From: an uncultured Acidobacteriaceae bacterium
Lineage (GTDB): Bacteria; Acidobacteriota; Terriglobia; Terriglobales; Acidobacteriaceae
Assembly: GCA_963756435.1 (NCBI GenBank)
Contig: CAVWNU010000023.1
Span: 34,609 to 98,608 of the forward strand
Length of the DNA: 64,000 bases
Direction: 5' to 3'
The notes below the pieces were generated by a model that saw only the letters and a program-made list of their open reading frames with translations, ran no database searches and had not been told where the DNA came from. The position numbers and the translations under genes are program-made. This document shows positions 20,086-29,891 of the stretch, piece by piece (position 1 is the stretch's first letter; each line of letters opens with the position of its first letter).

Positions 20086-20978
20086 ATGAACGGACACGAT
20101 TCGCTAGCTGCACAATTCGAGAAGAATCGAGGCCATCTGCGCGGTGTCGCCTACCGCATGCTCGGCTCACTGAGCGAAGCCGACGATGCCGTTCAGGAAG
20201 CATGGCTAAAACTCAACCGTTCCGAATCGAGCGAGATCGAGAACCTCGGGGGATGGCTCACCACCGTCGTCGCGCGCGTCTGCCTCGACATGCTGCGCGC
20301 ACGCAATGCACGCCGGGAAGATGCTCTGGATGCACAGATACCCGAGCCGGCCGCGAGGCCCGACGCGGTTAAGCCGCCGCTCGATCCCGAACAGGAGACG
20401 ATGCTGGCCGAATCCGTCGGCCTCGCGCTGCTCGTTGTCCTCAACACGCTCGCTCCCCCCGAGCGCATCAGCTTCGTCCTCGACGATCTGTTCGCCGTCC
20501 CTTCGAAGAGATCGCCGCCATCGTCGGCCGCTCGCCCGCTGCGACCCGTCAACTCGCCAGCCGCGCACGCCGGCGCATTCAGGGCGCTCACACCGCTGCT
20601 CGTGCCGATCTTGCCTCACAACGCAAAGCTGTCGATGCCTTCCTCGCCGCTCTGCGCGCCGGCGACTTCAGCGCGCTCCTCGCTGTGCTCGATCCGGACG
20701 TCGTGATCCATGCTGACCAGACCTCCCAGCCGGTCGAAGCCATGCGAGAAATTCGCGGCGCAGAGAACTGGGCCCGCGGCGCAATCACCGCCGCGCGTGG
20801 CGCACGTGCCGCACAACCGGCGCTCATCGACGGCGAGGTGGGCCTCGTCATCGCGCCCAGAGGACGCCTCTTCCGCGTCCTCCGCTTCACCCTCGCACAC
20901 GGAAAGATCGCCCAGATCGAGGTCATCGGTGACCCCGAGCGCCTGCGGCAGCTGGACCTCGCCACGCTCGCGCCATAA
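20086..20978 (+). CDS. ECF41 (SigJ-like) sigma factor with SnoaL-like C-terminal domain; single frameshift near 20500
   Basis: AYRMLGSLSEADDAVQEAWL, WLTTVVARVCLDMLR; C-terminal LDPDVV...VIGDPERL in another frame; one C missing in GTCCCTTC. Confidence 0.85.
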
Positions 20979-20985
20979 ATAACAA

Positions 20986-21011
20986 AAGCGGGAGGAATGC
21001 TCCTCCCGCTT
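20986..21011. terminator. intrinsic terminator-like hairpin between convergent genes
   Basis: AAGCGGGAGGA-ATGC-TCCTCCCGCTT with an A-run on the left flank. Confidence 0.7.
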
Positions 21012-21037
21012 CTCGATCATGACGATCTTTTGTTGTT

Positions 21038-22234
21038 TTAGTACTTCGGGATGGATGGGTCCACCTTGTCCGACCAGGCAGTGATCCCGCCCGCAAGGTT
21101 CTCCACGTGCTTGAATCCCTGCTGCTGCAGGAACTCCGCAGCTCTCTGGCTCCGACCGCCGGACTTGCATTGCACAACGATGTTCTTCTCGCGATCCAAT
21201 TCGTCAATGCGCTTCGGCAGATCGTTCAGCGGCACAAGATAGCCGCCAATGTTCGCGATCTGAAATTCATGCGGCTCGCGCACATCCAGCACAAACACAT
21301 CTTCGCCCGCCGTCTGCCGTCGCTTCAGTTCCTCCGGCCCGATCTGCGGAACCCCATTCTGCATATTCGCCACCTGAGTCGTCTCCTTTGCCGGCGGCGT
21401 GATGCCGCAGAACTGATCGTAATCAATCAGCGCCGTCACCGTCGGATGCGTACCACACACCGGGCAATCCGGATTCTTCCTGAGCTTCAGCTCGCGGAAC
21501 CGCATGCCCAGTGCGTCCACCAGCAGCAGCCGTCCGATCAGCGCGTCACCTTTGCCCAGAATGAGCTTGATGACTTCGGTCGACTGAATGATGCCCACCA
21601 GTCCCGGCAGAATGCCCAGCACCCCACCCTCCGCACACGAAGGCACCAGCCCCGGCGGCGGCGGCTCCGGATATAGGCACCGATAGCACGGCCCATCTTC
21701 CGTCGCAAAGACGCTCGCCTGCCCCTCGAAGCGGAAGATCGAGCCATACACATTCGGCTTTCCGCTCAGCACACACGCATCGTTCACCAGGTAGCGCGTC
21801 TGGAAGTTGTCCGTACCATCCGCCACGACGTCGTAATCTTTCAGGATCTCCATCGCGTTCGCCGAGGTAAGCATCGTCTCGTGCTTTACGACTTTTACGT
21901 TAGGGTTCAGCGCCGCGATCTTATCCGCCGCGGAATCCAGCTTCGGCCGGCCAACATCCGGCGTGCTGTGGATCACCTGGCGATGCAGATTGCTCGCATC
22001 CACCACATCGAAGTCCACCAGCCCCAGCGTGCCCACGCCCGCCGCTGCCAGATACAGCGCCATTGGCGCTCCCAGGCCGCCCGTGCCCACCAGCAGCACC
22101 TTCGCCGCCTTCAACCGCTGCTGCCCTTCCATGCCGACTTCGGGCAGGATCAGGTGCCGCGAATATCGCGCTATCTCTTCATGCGTCAGTGCCGGCAACG
22201 ATACTGCCGCTGTTGCTTCTGCCACTGTTGCCAT
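21038..22234 (-). CDS. moeB: MoeB/MoeZ adenylyltransferase-sulfurtransferase with rhodanese domain
   Basis: RYSRHLILPEVG, GTGGLG, PCYRC, CPVC, C-terminal VVQCKSGGRS. Confidence 0.93.
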   Translation of the reverse strand: MATVAEATAAVSLPALTHEEIARYSRHLILPEVGMEGQQRLKAAKVLLVGTGGLGAPMALYLAAAGVGTLGLVDFDVVDASNLHRQVIHSTPDVGRPKLDSAADKIAALNPNVKVVKHETMLTSANAMEILKDYDVVADGTDNFQTRYLVNDACVLSGKPNVYGSIFRFEGQASVFATEDGPCYRCLYPEPPPPGLVPSCAEGGVLGILPGLVGIIQSTEVIKLILGKGDALIGRLLLVDALGMRFRELKLRKNPDCPVCGTHPTVTALIDYDQFCGITPPAKETTQVANMQNGVPQIGPEELKRRQTAGEDVFVLDVREPHEFQIANIGGYLVPLNDLPKRIDELDREKNIVVQCKSGGRSQRAAEFLQQQGFKHVENLAGGITAWSDKVDPSIPKY

Positions 22235-22285
22235 ATCAAAACTCCTTCGGACGAAAGTAAACGTCCATATCCAATCCCGATTCTC

Positions 22286-22318
22286 GTCATCCTGAGCGAA
22301 GCGAAGGACCTGCAGTTT
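22286..22318 (+). repeat. dispersed short repeat GTCATCCTGAGCGAAGCGAAGGACCTGCAGTTT
   Basis: Related copies at about 18613, 34640, 36620 and 44116. Confidence 0.75.
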
Positions 22319-22400
22319 GTCCGATCGCCGATATCATCAAACGTGAGCGACAACGGAGCGAACCCCACAAAACGCGCCACCGGCGCGCCCGCCCGTATGG

Positions 22401-22676
22401 CTAATACCCGCCGGCGATCGACGGGATAATCGACAGCGAATCCTTCTCGCTCACTGCCGTCTGCTCTTTCGCGTCCAGATAGCGAATGTCCTCATCATTG
22501 AGATACACATTCACAAACGAGCGCAGCTTTCCTTCGTCGGTAAATAAATGTTTGCGCAGATCGGGATAACGCGAAGTCAATCCGCCCAGCGCCTCGTGAA
22601 TCGTCGCGCCGCCCACTTCCACCGTGTCCTGCTTGCCCGTATACGCCCGCAGCGGCGTAGGGATAAAAATCTTCAT
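22401..22676 (-). CDS. MoaD/ThiS/CysO-family ubiquitin-like sulfur carrier ending GG-Y
   Basis: IPTPLRAYTG...FVNVYLNDEDIRYL...IIPSIAGGY. Confidence 0.9.
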   Translation of the reverse strand: MKIFIPTPLRAYTGKQDTVEVGGATIHEALGGLTSRYPDLRKHLFTDEGKLRSFVNVYLNDEDIRYLDAKEQTAVSEKDSLSIIPSIAGGY

Positions 22677-22745
22677 CGTTGCTCTTTCCTTTGCTTGATA
22701 TCGTCCGCGGAATGCAAGCCAAGCGGCCCGCGCCTGTTCACCGCG

Positions 22746-23306
22746 TCAACATCGCTCAGAATCCCGAACGCCGCTCAGGGCTGTATCCGGAACACCGCTC
22801 AAGGCTGCATCCCGTTCTCCACTCAGCGCCGCATTTCCCACCACCACCTGCTGATCCTCAAAGCGCTTGTCTTCTTCCGACGTACCGCTCAATAGAAACG
22901 AATTCGTCACCTTCGCCGCGCCTTGTTCCACACTCGTGATCACATACGAGCAGCCGATCCAGTGCGCCTCTTCAAAGTCCGTTTTCGACCATTGCGCCGG
23001 ATGGTCCGGATGCGAATGGTAGAAGCCCACAATATCCAGCCCGCGCTCGCGTCCCTGCCGCTGGATGCGAATCAGCTCCTGCGGTGCGATGTTGTAGCGG
23101 TTGTGCGCCGAATCGGTGCGCGTGTTCCCCGCCTCGACAGCCGCCTCGATCGTATTCCCCTGCTCATCGCTCTTGCCCAGCAGCACGCCGCAGCACTCAT
23201 GCGGATACGTGCGCTCGCCATGCCGGCGTATCGTCTCGTACAGCGCACTGGAAATCGTCAGCGTCGCCGTCTCCACTCGATCGCTCACTCTTCCGTCCTT
23301 ACTCAA
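22746..23306 (-). CDS. JAMM/Mov34 (M67, Mec-like) metallopeptidase
   Basis: YPHECCGVLLG and GFYHSHPDHPAQWSKTD JAMM motif. Confidence 0.9.
   Translation of the reverse strand: MSKDGRVSDRVETATLTISSALYETIRRHGERTYPHECCGVLLGKSDEQGNTIEAAVEAGNTRTDSAHNRYNIAPQELIRIQRQGRERGLDIVGFYHSHPDHPAQWSKTDFEEAHWIGCSYVITSVEQGAAKVTNSFLLSGTSEEDKRFEDQQVVVGNAALSGERDAALSGVPDTALSGVRDSERC
22761..22832. repeat. 3 x 24-nt imperfect tandem repeat in the 3' end of the JAMM gene
   Basis: Encodes AALSGERD-AALSGVPD-TALSGVRD. Confidence 0.8.
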
Positions 23307-24267
23307 CCCAGAACCTCTCGCTCAGATACTTCTCTGCGCCATCACACAGAATCACCACAATCACCGCTTCGCGGCCGTGCGCATGCTCTTCCTCGGCGAT
23401 GCGCAGCCCAGCCGCCGTCGCGCCCGCTGCCGAAACGCCTACCAACAGTCCTTCAAGACGTCCCAGCCGTTTCGCCATCGTATAGGCCGCCTCGGTCTCC
23501 ATCGCCATATCGCGATCGGCCAACCGGGCGTCGTAGATCGGCGGGACGATCGCCGTCGCCATATGCTTCAAACCTTCAAAGCCGTTGAATGGAGAGTCCG
23601 GCTGCATGCTGACGCACTGGATGCGCGGGTTCAGCTCTTTCAGCCGCCGGGTCGTGCCCACAAAGGTTCCACTCGTCCCCAGGCCCGCGACAAAATGTGT
23701 CACCTGTCCCTCGGTCTGCTGCCAGATTTCATTGGCAGTCCCCGGATTTGACGCGGTCCCGCGATAATGCGCGCGCCAGTTCTCATCATTGCCGTACTGG
23801 TCGGCGTAGTAGTACCTGGCGGTGTCCTTTGCCAGCTCACGCGCCTTGCGGATCGCCCCATCCGACCCGTCCGCCGGATCAGTCCAGATCATGTTCGCGC
23901 CGTAAGCCCCCAAAATGCGCTTCCGTTCCGGCGATACATTCGACGGCACGCACAGCGTCACCGGGAAATCCCACGCGGCGCCCAGCATCGCGTAGGCAAT
24001 CCCGGTATTCCCGCTGGTCGCGTCCAGAAGATGCTTGCCGTCACCCAGCAGACCGCGTTTCAGCGCCGCTCCCACAATGCCGGAGGCCGCGCGGTCCTTC
24101 ACCGACCCGCCCGGGTTCATCCACTCCGCTTTGCCCAGCATCGTGATGCCCGGCAAATTCGCAGTCAGCCGGTCCAGCCGCACCAGGGGTGTGTTGCCGA
24201 TACGATCGGCGAGCGTGGTGCCCAATGTCGATGCAGATGTCTGCCGTGTTTCTGCCGAAGTTGCCAT
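23299..24267 (-). CDS. cysM: PLP-dependent cysteine synthase (CysM/CysK family)
   Basis: IGNTPLV, NPGGSVKDR, ATSGNTGIA, GLGTSGT. Confidence 0.88.
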   Translation of the reverse strand: MATSAETRQTSASTLGTTLADRIGNTPLVRLDRLTANLPGITMLGKAEWMNPGGSVKDRAASGIVGAALKRGLLGDGKHLLDATSGNTGIAYAMLGAAWDFPVTLCVPSNVSPERKRILGAYGANMIWTDPADGSDGAIRKARELAKDTARYYYADQYGNDENWRAHYRGTASNPGTANEIWQQTEGQVTHFVAGLGTSGTFVGTTRRLKELNPRIQCVSMQPDSPFNGFEGLKHMATAIVPPIYDARLADRDMAMETEAAYTMAKRLGRLEGLLVGVSAAGATAAGLRIAEEEHAHGREAVIVVILCDGAEKYLSERFWVE

Positions 24268-24485
24268 GTCGTCCGACCCTTATCCGTTTTCACAAATGTC
24301 GTAAGGTGATCCGCATCAAAGCGGAAACGCTGCTTCAGCGGTTCTGGGCGGCCGGACATCGTTGTGAAAGCGACATATCCATGTGCGACACTAAAAGCAC
24401 CGGGTCAGGACCGTCGGTGCCTCTTTCCTAATAGTGTATAGGGGCTATCGGCCCCCGGCACGTACTACGAGGAACTCACCCCGCC

Positions 24486-24950
24486 ATGCGTACCAGAATT
24501 ACCGTCCGCAGCTTCGAACAAGTGCTCCAGATCCTTCGCGATAACGGATTTGATGTTCGCGAGTTGCCCGGGGTCGCAGATCAAGTGACGGTTGCCAAAT
24601 ATGGCGCCGCAGCCGTCCTCGCCCGCAATCCGAAATACTCGGCCAAAACCGCGGCCGACGACGAGCAGCACCCCGTCATCTGGATCACCCCGCCCGGCTG
24701 GGTGCTCCGCGGCAGGATCTCCCGCCTGGTCGACCACGGCAACCAGAAGCTCTTTGAAACCCCCACTACCCGTATCGCCGCCACCGCGGATGCCCTCAAA
24801 TCCATCCACCGCTTCAGCGAGGAACTCCGCGAAGCCATCGGCGAGCCCAGCCTCTACAACGAGTCACTCGGAACCGTCAGCAACAGCTACATGTACGACC
24901 GGCTCGAAGGCCGCGAACCCGGAACCGAAGCGGCATCCGATCACCACTAG
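24486..24950 (+). CDS. hypothetical protein
   Basis: 154 aa ORF, GAGG RBS, host-like codon bias; SLYNESLGTVS..YMYDRL. Confidence 0.75.
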   Translation: MRTRITVRSFEQVLQILRDNGFDVRELPGVADQVTVAKYGAAAVLARNPKYSAKTAADDEQHPVIWITPPGWVLRGRISRLVDHGNQKLFETPTTRIAATADALKSIHRFSEELREAIGEPSLYNESLGTVSNSYMYDRLEGREPGTEAASDHH

Positions 24951-25004
24951 CGAAGCGGCAAGCCAGGCGACACATCCGCTCCAGAGGACGACCCTCTCAG
25001 CACC

Positions 25005-26804
25005 TCACTGTGGGCTCTCCTTCTTCAGCGAATCGATGTATTCACGCCACAGCGCCCCCAGATAGCTCCAATCCGCCGGCGAGGGGCTTTCCTGGGTCGT
25101 CTCCGTGCGGGTTACAAAATACAGCGCAGGAATTCCGATAGAGGGTTGCGCCTGCATGTAGTTCCACCACTCCTTCAGGTTGGTGGAGGAGGCATTGTCG
25201 GTATCCACCAGCGGCCACCCCGTGATGTTGGCCATGCGGGCACGCTGGCGCATCATCTCCGTGACATTGCGGCTCGCATACCAGACATCGTTCAAGCGAA
25301 TTACGTCCGCGGATTCGCGGAACAGCGCATTGGTCGTCTGCGTCTCCACCATCGCGTCTGGCTTCCATTTATGAGCTTCACTGTAGAGGATCGACTGAAA
25401 GCGGCGGACAAATTCAATGCCGGTCGCCGGGCCGGTAAGCGCCAGGCCAGGTGCCGCGGGCGCGTGCACCCAGTCTTCCTTGAAGCCGTCGACACCCAGG
25501 TCCTGGACGAGGTGGCGAAGACGCGAGCGCAGAAAATCCTCGTACTCTGGCTTTCCCACATCGGCAATGACGCACTTGCCCTCGTACATGACGCAGAGTG
25601 AGTGCGGCAGGCCGTCGCTAGACGCTACCGGAACCCACAGGATCACGTGGCGTCCTTTGGCATGCTGCGCAGCGATGAAGCCTTTCATGTCGGGCCATTT
25701 CTGCTGATCCACTTCAAACGTGCCGTACTCCTTCTGCCATTTGTCGTCGATCACTACAGTTCCCACCGGCAGACCGCGTTTCTCAAGAATGTCCAGCCAT
25801 CTTTCGTAATTCGCCTGCGTCGAGAGCTTGTTGGGCGCACCACCCTCCGGGACAGATTCGACAGTCTGCTCCGCCCATCCGCAGAAGATCGGAAGACGGT
25901 GCCAGGAAACATTTTTGCCGACGGAGTCGGTTGCGAATCCACTGTGCGTAAGCCATGACGTGTAGTTACGGAGAGCGTCCAGCGGGCTGTTTGCCATGTC
26001 GATGCTCAGAACGGGCGAAGCGAAACCGCCGTCCGCGCTGCGGTATCCCATGTAGTCGACATAGAATGACGCCCCCGCATAGCGCGAGCCGGAGTATTCG
26101 AGCGCGGGGAACTGGTACTCGCCCGGCTTGGCGCCGATGCCGATGCCCGTCCACGTGTGATCCATGTGGAACGCGAGGAAGAGCGGCGGCGGTGCGAAGG
26201 TTCCCGCCATGCGCTCCGGACGGAAATCCTGCTCAGAGCTCTCTTCGCGGCCTACGCTGAAGCCGAGAATCTGCGGCATCGCGATATTGAATTCCAACTG
26301 GTCTGCGAGATTTGGGTTGGGCGCGAAGTAGCGGTCGGCATAAATCGTCGCATCCCATGCGTGGCCCCGCGTCGTGCCGTTGTCCCAGCGATTGGAGATT
26401 CCATTGGAGAGGAAGTAGCACCGGCCGAGCTTACCCGACCCTCCGGCGAACTGCTGGAACTCGATGTGGTCGGCAAAGAAACGCCATGCGAAGCGGCGGC
26501 CTGTCCACAGGGTGCTCTTTGCAGTGGCGTTGAGCTCGAATGTGTCCGCGCCGGATTTCCGCAGCGCGTAGCTGATGTCGGAGAGCTGCTCTTCGCTCGA
26601 TGCAGAAGCCAACCCGGCTACAATCGGGACCTCAAAGACGCTCTCCTGTTCTCGTTCGATTCTGAGTTGCGGAGGCGCGCCAGCTCGATCGCCAGGCACA
26701 ATCGTTGCGGAGTACTGGGACATGGAGACGGACTGGGTCTGCGCGTTGCAGCAGGCGGAAATCAGCAAAGCGAAGCATGGGAGTGCGCGCAACCATCGTT
26801 TCAT
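25005..26804 (-). CDS. exported TIM-barrel glycoside hydrolase (clan GH-D, GH31/GH36-like)
   Basis: Signal peptide; VVIDDKWQ, KWPDMKGFI..QHAKG, GVDGFKED motifs. Confidence 0.75.
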   Translation of the reverse strand: MKRWLRALPCFALLISACCNAQTQSVSMSQYSATIVPGDRAGAPPQLRIEREQESVFEVPIVAGLASASSEEQLSDISYALRKSGADTFELNATAKSTLWTGRRFAWRFFADHIEFQQFAGGSGKLGRCYFLSNGISNRWDNGTTRGHAWDATIYADRYFAPNPNLADQLEFNIAMPQILGFSVGREESSEQDFRPERMAGTFAPPPLFLAFHMDHTWTGIGIGAKPGEYQFPALEYSGSRYAGASFYVDYMGYRSADGGFASPVLSIDMANSPLDALRNYTSWLTHSGFATDSVGKNVSWHRLPIFCGWAEQTVESVPEGGAPNKLSTQANYERWLDILEKRGLPVGTVVIDDKWQKEYGTFEVDQQKWPDMKGFIAAQHAKGRHVILWVPVASSDGLPHSLCVMYEGKCVIADVGKPEYEDFLRSRLRHLVQDLGVDGFKEDWVHAPAAPGLALTGPATGIEFVRRFQSILYSEAHKWKPDAMVETQTTNALFRESADVIRLNDVWYASRNVTEMMRQRARMANITGWPLVDTDNASSTNLKEWWNYMQAQPSIGIPALYFVTRTETTQESPSPADWSYLGALWREYIDSLKKESPQ

Positions 26805-26937
26805 CGGCCATCCCTGAGAAGGTGAAATCTCCGGGCTATCTTATGGGATGGCGTGCCCCGAGCGAGTCGGAGGGAATATGCCGTTCGCCGGCTCGCTCGC
26901 GTAACCGAACGTGAGCGGCCAAGGAAGCGACCCCGCG

Positions 26938-27828
26938 TCATGGGCCGCCGGCACGTTTGCCTGGACGGCGAGTCCACTCCCGATATACCTCACTCTTCCC
27001 CAGACCGCGCTCCCGTGCCACCCGTTTCAAAGCATCCTTCTCGTTCAAACCCTCGTCCTTCATCAGCCGCTCCATCAGCGCGACAATCGACTCGACCCCC
27101 ACATTCGCGGCGGCAGCAGGCCGAGCCTCCACCAGCACCACTATCTCGCCCCGCACGCGCTCCCGCTCTGCCAGTTGCCCGCGCACTTGCGCCGCGCTCC
27201 CGCGTAAAAACTCCTCATGCAGCTTGGTCAACTCCCGCGCCAGCACAACCCCGCACTCCGGGGCCCAGACGCCCGCCACGTCCTCCAGCATCTCCACGAT
27301 GCGATGCGGCGCTTCATAGAAGACCAGCGTCAGCGGCTCCGCACCAGCCACCACCATCGCACGCAGCCGTTCCAACTCCGTGCGCCGCGCCCCCGCCTTG
27401 GACGGAAGAAATCCACAGAACAGGAAGCGTTCCGCAGCCAGTCCCGAACCCACCAGCGCCGTCAGGGCCGCATTCGCCCCAGGCACCGGAATCACGGGCA
27501 GCCCCGCCCGTGCCACCGCGGCGGCTACCCGCGCCCCCGGATCGGAGATCCCCGGCAGGCCCGCATCGGTCACCAGCGCCAGCCGCTCGCCTGCGCGCAC
27601 CCGCGCTACCGCCTCCGCCGCGCACGCATGCTCTTTGTGCTCATCGCAGCTCTGCATCGGCGCTTTGATCTCATAATGAGCCAGCAGATGTGCCGTCTCG
27701 CGTGTATCCTCGCACAACACGCGGTCCACGCCGCGCAGTACCCGCAGCGCGCGCAGCGTGATGTCTTCCAGATTTCCTATGGGTGTGCCGACCAGGTACA
27801 GACCCGGCGGCAATCGATCCGCGCTCAC
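26938..27828 (-). CDS. rsmI: 16S rRNA C1402 2'-O-methyltransferase
   Basis: LYLVGTPIGNLEDITLRA, CEDTR, DAGLPGISDPG, FYEAPHR, RELTKLHEE. Confidence 0.95.
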   Translation of the reverse strand: MSADRLPPGLYLVGTPIGNLEDITLRALRVLRGVDRVLCEDTRETAHLLAHYEIKAPMQSCDEHKEHACAAEAVARVRAGERLALVTDAGLPGISDPGARVAAAVARAGLPVIPVPGANAALTALVGSGLAAERFLFCGFLPSKAGARRTELERLRAMVVAGAEPLTLVFYEAPHRIVEMLEDVAGVWAPECGVVLARELTKLHEEFLRGSAAQVRGQLAERERVRGEIVVLVEARPAAAANVGVESIVALMERLMKDEGLNEKDALKRVARERGLGKSEVYREWTRRPGKRAGGP

Positions 27829-27829
27829 G

Positions 27830-28936
27830 TTACTCTGCCTGCGCGTGCCGCTTGCGCTTCTCCGCGAACTGCGTCATCGAGTGCATCAGATGTTGCAGCG
27901 TTACGATGCCGACCACGCGCTCGCCATCCGTCACCGGCACCAGCGACATGCCCCGTCCGCTGAAGCGGCTGATCGTCGTCCCCAGCGAGTCCTCTGGCTT
28001 CGCCACATGGAAGCTCCGCTGCATGATGCCCTGAACGTAGCCGTTGCCCTCTGCCCGCAGCGCGTCCGCGATCACCTGCCGGCTCACTACCCCGACAACG
28101 TTGCGCCCGCGCACCACCGGAAAATCATCCTGCAGCGAATGGACCGCCTTGGCCAGCGCGTCCTCCAGCGTGTCGGAAGGCGACAGCAGCGAGAAGTCCG
28201 TCAGCATGATGTCGCGCATGTACACCGTGTCCACCACACTCTGAAACAGCGCCCCCTGGTCTTCCAGTTGCGCTCCGATGAAGATGAAAAAACCCGCCGT
28301 CGCCAGCCAGAGGTTGGGCAGCAGAATGCCAAGCAGGATCGCGATCACGCCGATCATCAGTCCCAGCCCTGCCGCGGCACGTGCCGCCTGCACCCGTCCC
28401 TGAACCCGCGTGAACTGGCTGCGCAACACCCGTCCCGCATCCAGCGGATAGGCCGGCAGCACATGCAGCACGCCAAGAAATGCGCTTAACCACACAAAGG
28501 AGCGGATCAGGTGTGCCGGCGTGATCAGCGGCTTCGCCAGCAGATTGAACCCCGGCGCGGCCCCCATGATCGTCAGCACGCACAGCACCGCCAGCGACAG
28601 GCTCACCAGCGGGCCAACCACCGCCATCTTGATCTGCGTCCACAAGTCGTTCGAGCGCTCCACGCTCTCCGCATTCGCAAACGACATCAGACCGCCGATC
28701 GGCAGCAGGAGGACGCTGCGAATCTGCAGCCCGTGATACGCCGCCGCGATCGCCCGCCCAATCTCCCGCGCCAGTACCGCGCAGAAAAGCAATACCCACA
28801 GCATGAAGCCGTGCCACTGCGGCAGTTGCAGCATGCTGGCGTAGCCCATGCAGATGCCCAGCAGCAGCAGGAAGAAAGTATGGATACGGATATCCATCCC
28901 CCACCAGCGCCCCAGCGGAAATGACCAGCCACGCAT
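27830..28936 (-). CDS. site-2 protease (M50) family membrane protein with CBS pair; degenerate active site
   Basis: IRIHTFF, LLPIGG, VGPLVS, LPAYPLDAGRVLR, CBS domains; HExxH position reads REIGR. Confidence 0.85.
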   Translation of the reverse strand: MRGWSFPLGRWWGMDIRIHTFFLLLLGICMGYASMLQLPQWHGFMLWVLLFCAVLAREIGRAIAAAYHGLQIRSVLLLPIGGLMSFANAESVERSNDLWTQIKMAVVGPLVSLSLAVLCVLTIMGAAPGFNLLAKPLITPAHLIRSFVWLSAFLGVLHVLPAYPLDAGRVLRSQFTRVQGRVQAARAAAGLGLMIGVIAILLGILLPNLWLATAGFFIFIGAQLEDQGALFQSVVDTVYMRDIMLTDFSLLSPSDTLEDALAKAVHSLQDDFPVVRGRNVVGVVSRQVIADALRAEGNGYVQGIMQRSFHVAKPEDSLGTTISRFSGRGMSLVPVTDGERVVGIVTLQHLMHSMTQFAEKRKRHAQAE

Positions 28937-29234
28937 CGTCGTCTCTTGCTCGTTTCGTCTTGAATGAATGCCGCGTCGTGTTTCCGGCTCTGCGGTTTTA
29001 CACACGATGCGCAGCACGCATCGCGCTCCGGCGGCAGACGGCGCCATTTGCGTCGCCATCGCTTCATTGTATGCGAGCGCCTGCATGCACCCTCCTGATG
29101 CCGTCAGGGAGCGAACCCAGCGACCGAACCCAGAGCTCCGACCCAGGAAGCGAACCCAGAAGCGCGCCAAACACGCAATCGCCTCGGACGGCCAATTACC
29201 GCCCGGATGACCAGTCCTGTGTTCTTCTGTCACC

Positions 29235-29807
29235 ATGCGCGTCATCGCCGGCACTTATCGCAGCCGTCCGCTCATCGCGCCGCCCGGCATGGCAACGCGC
29301 CCCACCAGCGACCGCCTGCGCGAAACCCTCTTCAATATCCTCGCGCCGCAGATAGAAGGCGCGCACTTTGCCGACCTCTACGCCGGCACCGGCGCCGTCG
29401 GCATCGAAGCGTTGAGCCGCGGTGCCGCGCACGTCACATTCATCGAGAGCGCCGCCGCCGCCATTGCTGCCCTGCGCGCCAACCTCACCTCACTTGGCAT
29501 TCGCCATAACTATCAATTGGAACAGCGCAGCGTCCCCGTCGCTCTCCGGACTCTCGCCCGCCGCGACCAGCGCTTCACCCTGGTCTATCTCGACCCGCCC
29601 TGGGAAGACGCCGCCGCCTACAAACAGTCGCTCACGCTGCTGGCCGAGTCCGCCGCAACGCTGCTCGCACCCCAAGCCATCGTCATCGCCGAACACGCAC
29701 GCCGCACATCTGTCACCCCGGCAGATACCTATGGCGCGCTCCATCGCTACCGCCTGCACGAACAAGGCGACGCCGCGCTCACCTTCTACAGCCTGCAAGC
29801 GGACTAG
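29235..29807 (+). CDS. rsmD: 16S rRNA G966 N2-methyltransferase
   Basis: MRVIAG, TRPTSDRLRETLFNIL, DLYAGTGAVGIEALSRGA, DPPW. Confidence 0.95.
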   Translation: MRVIAGTYRSRPLIAPPGMATRPTSDRLRETLFNILAPQIEGAHFADLYAGTGAVGIEALSRGAAHVTFIESAAAAIAALRANLTSLGIRHNYQLEQRSVPVALRTLARRDQRFTLVYLDPPWEDAAAYKQSLTLLAESAATLLAPQAIVIAEHARRTSVTPADTYGALHRYRLHEQGDAALTFYSLQAD

Positions 29808-29891
29808 CTATGTCATCATCCGGACCGCAGCGGCGAAACCCGCGCAACGGAGGTCTCCCACGCTGGCAGTGCATCATCCAGCACTCGCCGA

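Noticed and set aside
24270-24430. SAM or Cys riboswitch, or leader peptide, upstream of the cysteine synthase
   Set aside because: There is a hairpin (GCACCG..CGGTGC plus Ts) and a 15-codon ORF with one Cys, but no riboswitch consensus that I can support
26860-26898. Hairpin GAGCGAGTCGG...CCGGCTCGCTC between rsmI and the glycoside hydrolase
   Set aside because: Single copy with no U-tract; cannot distinguish a terminator, a REP-like element or chance
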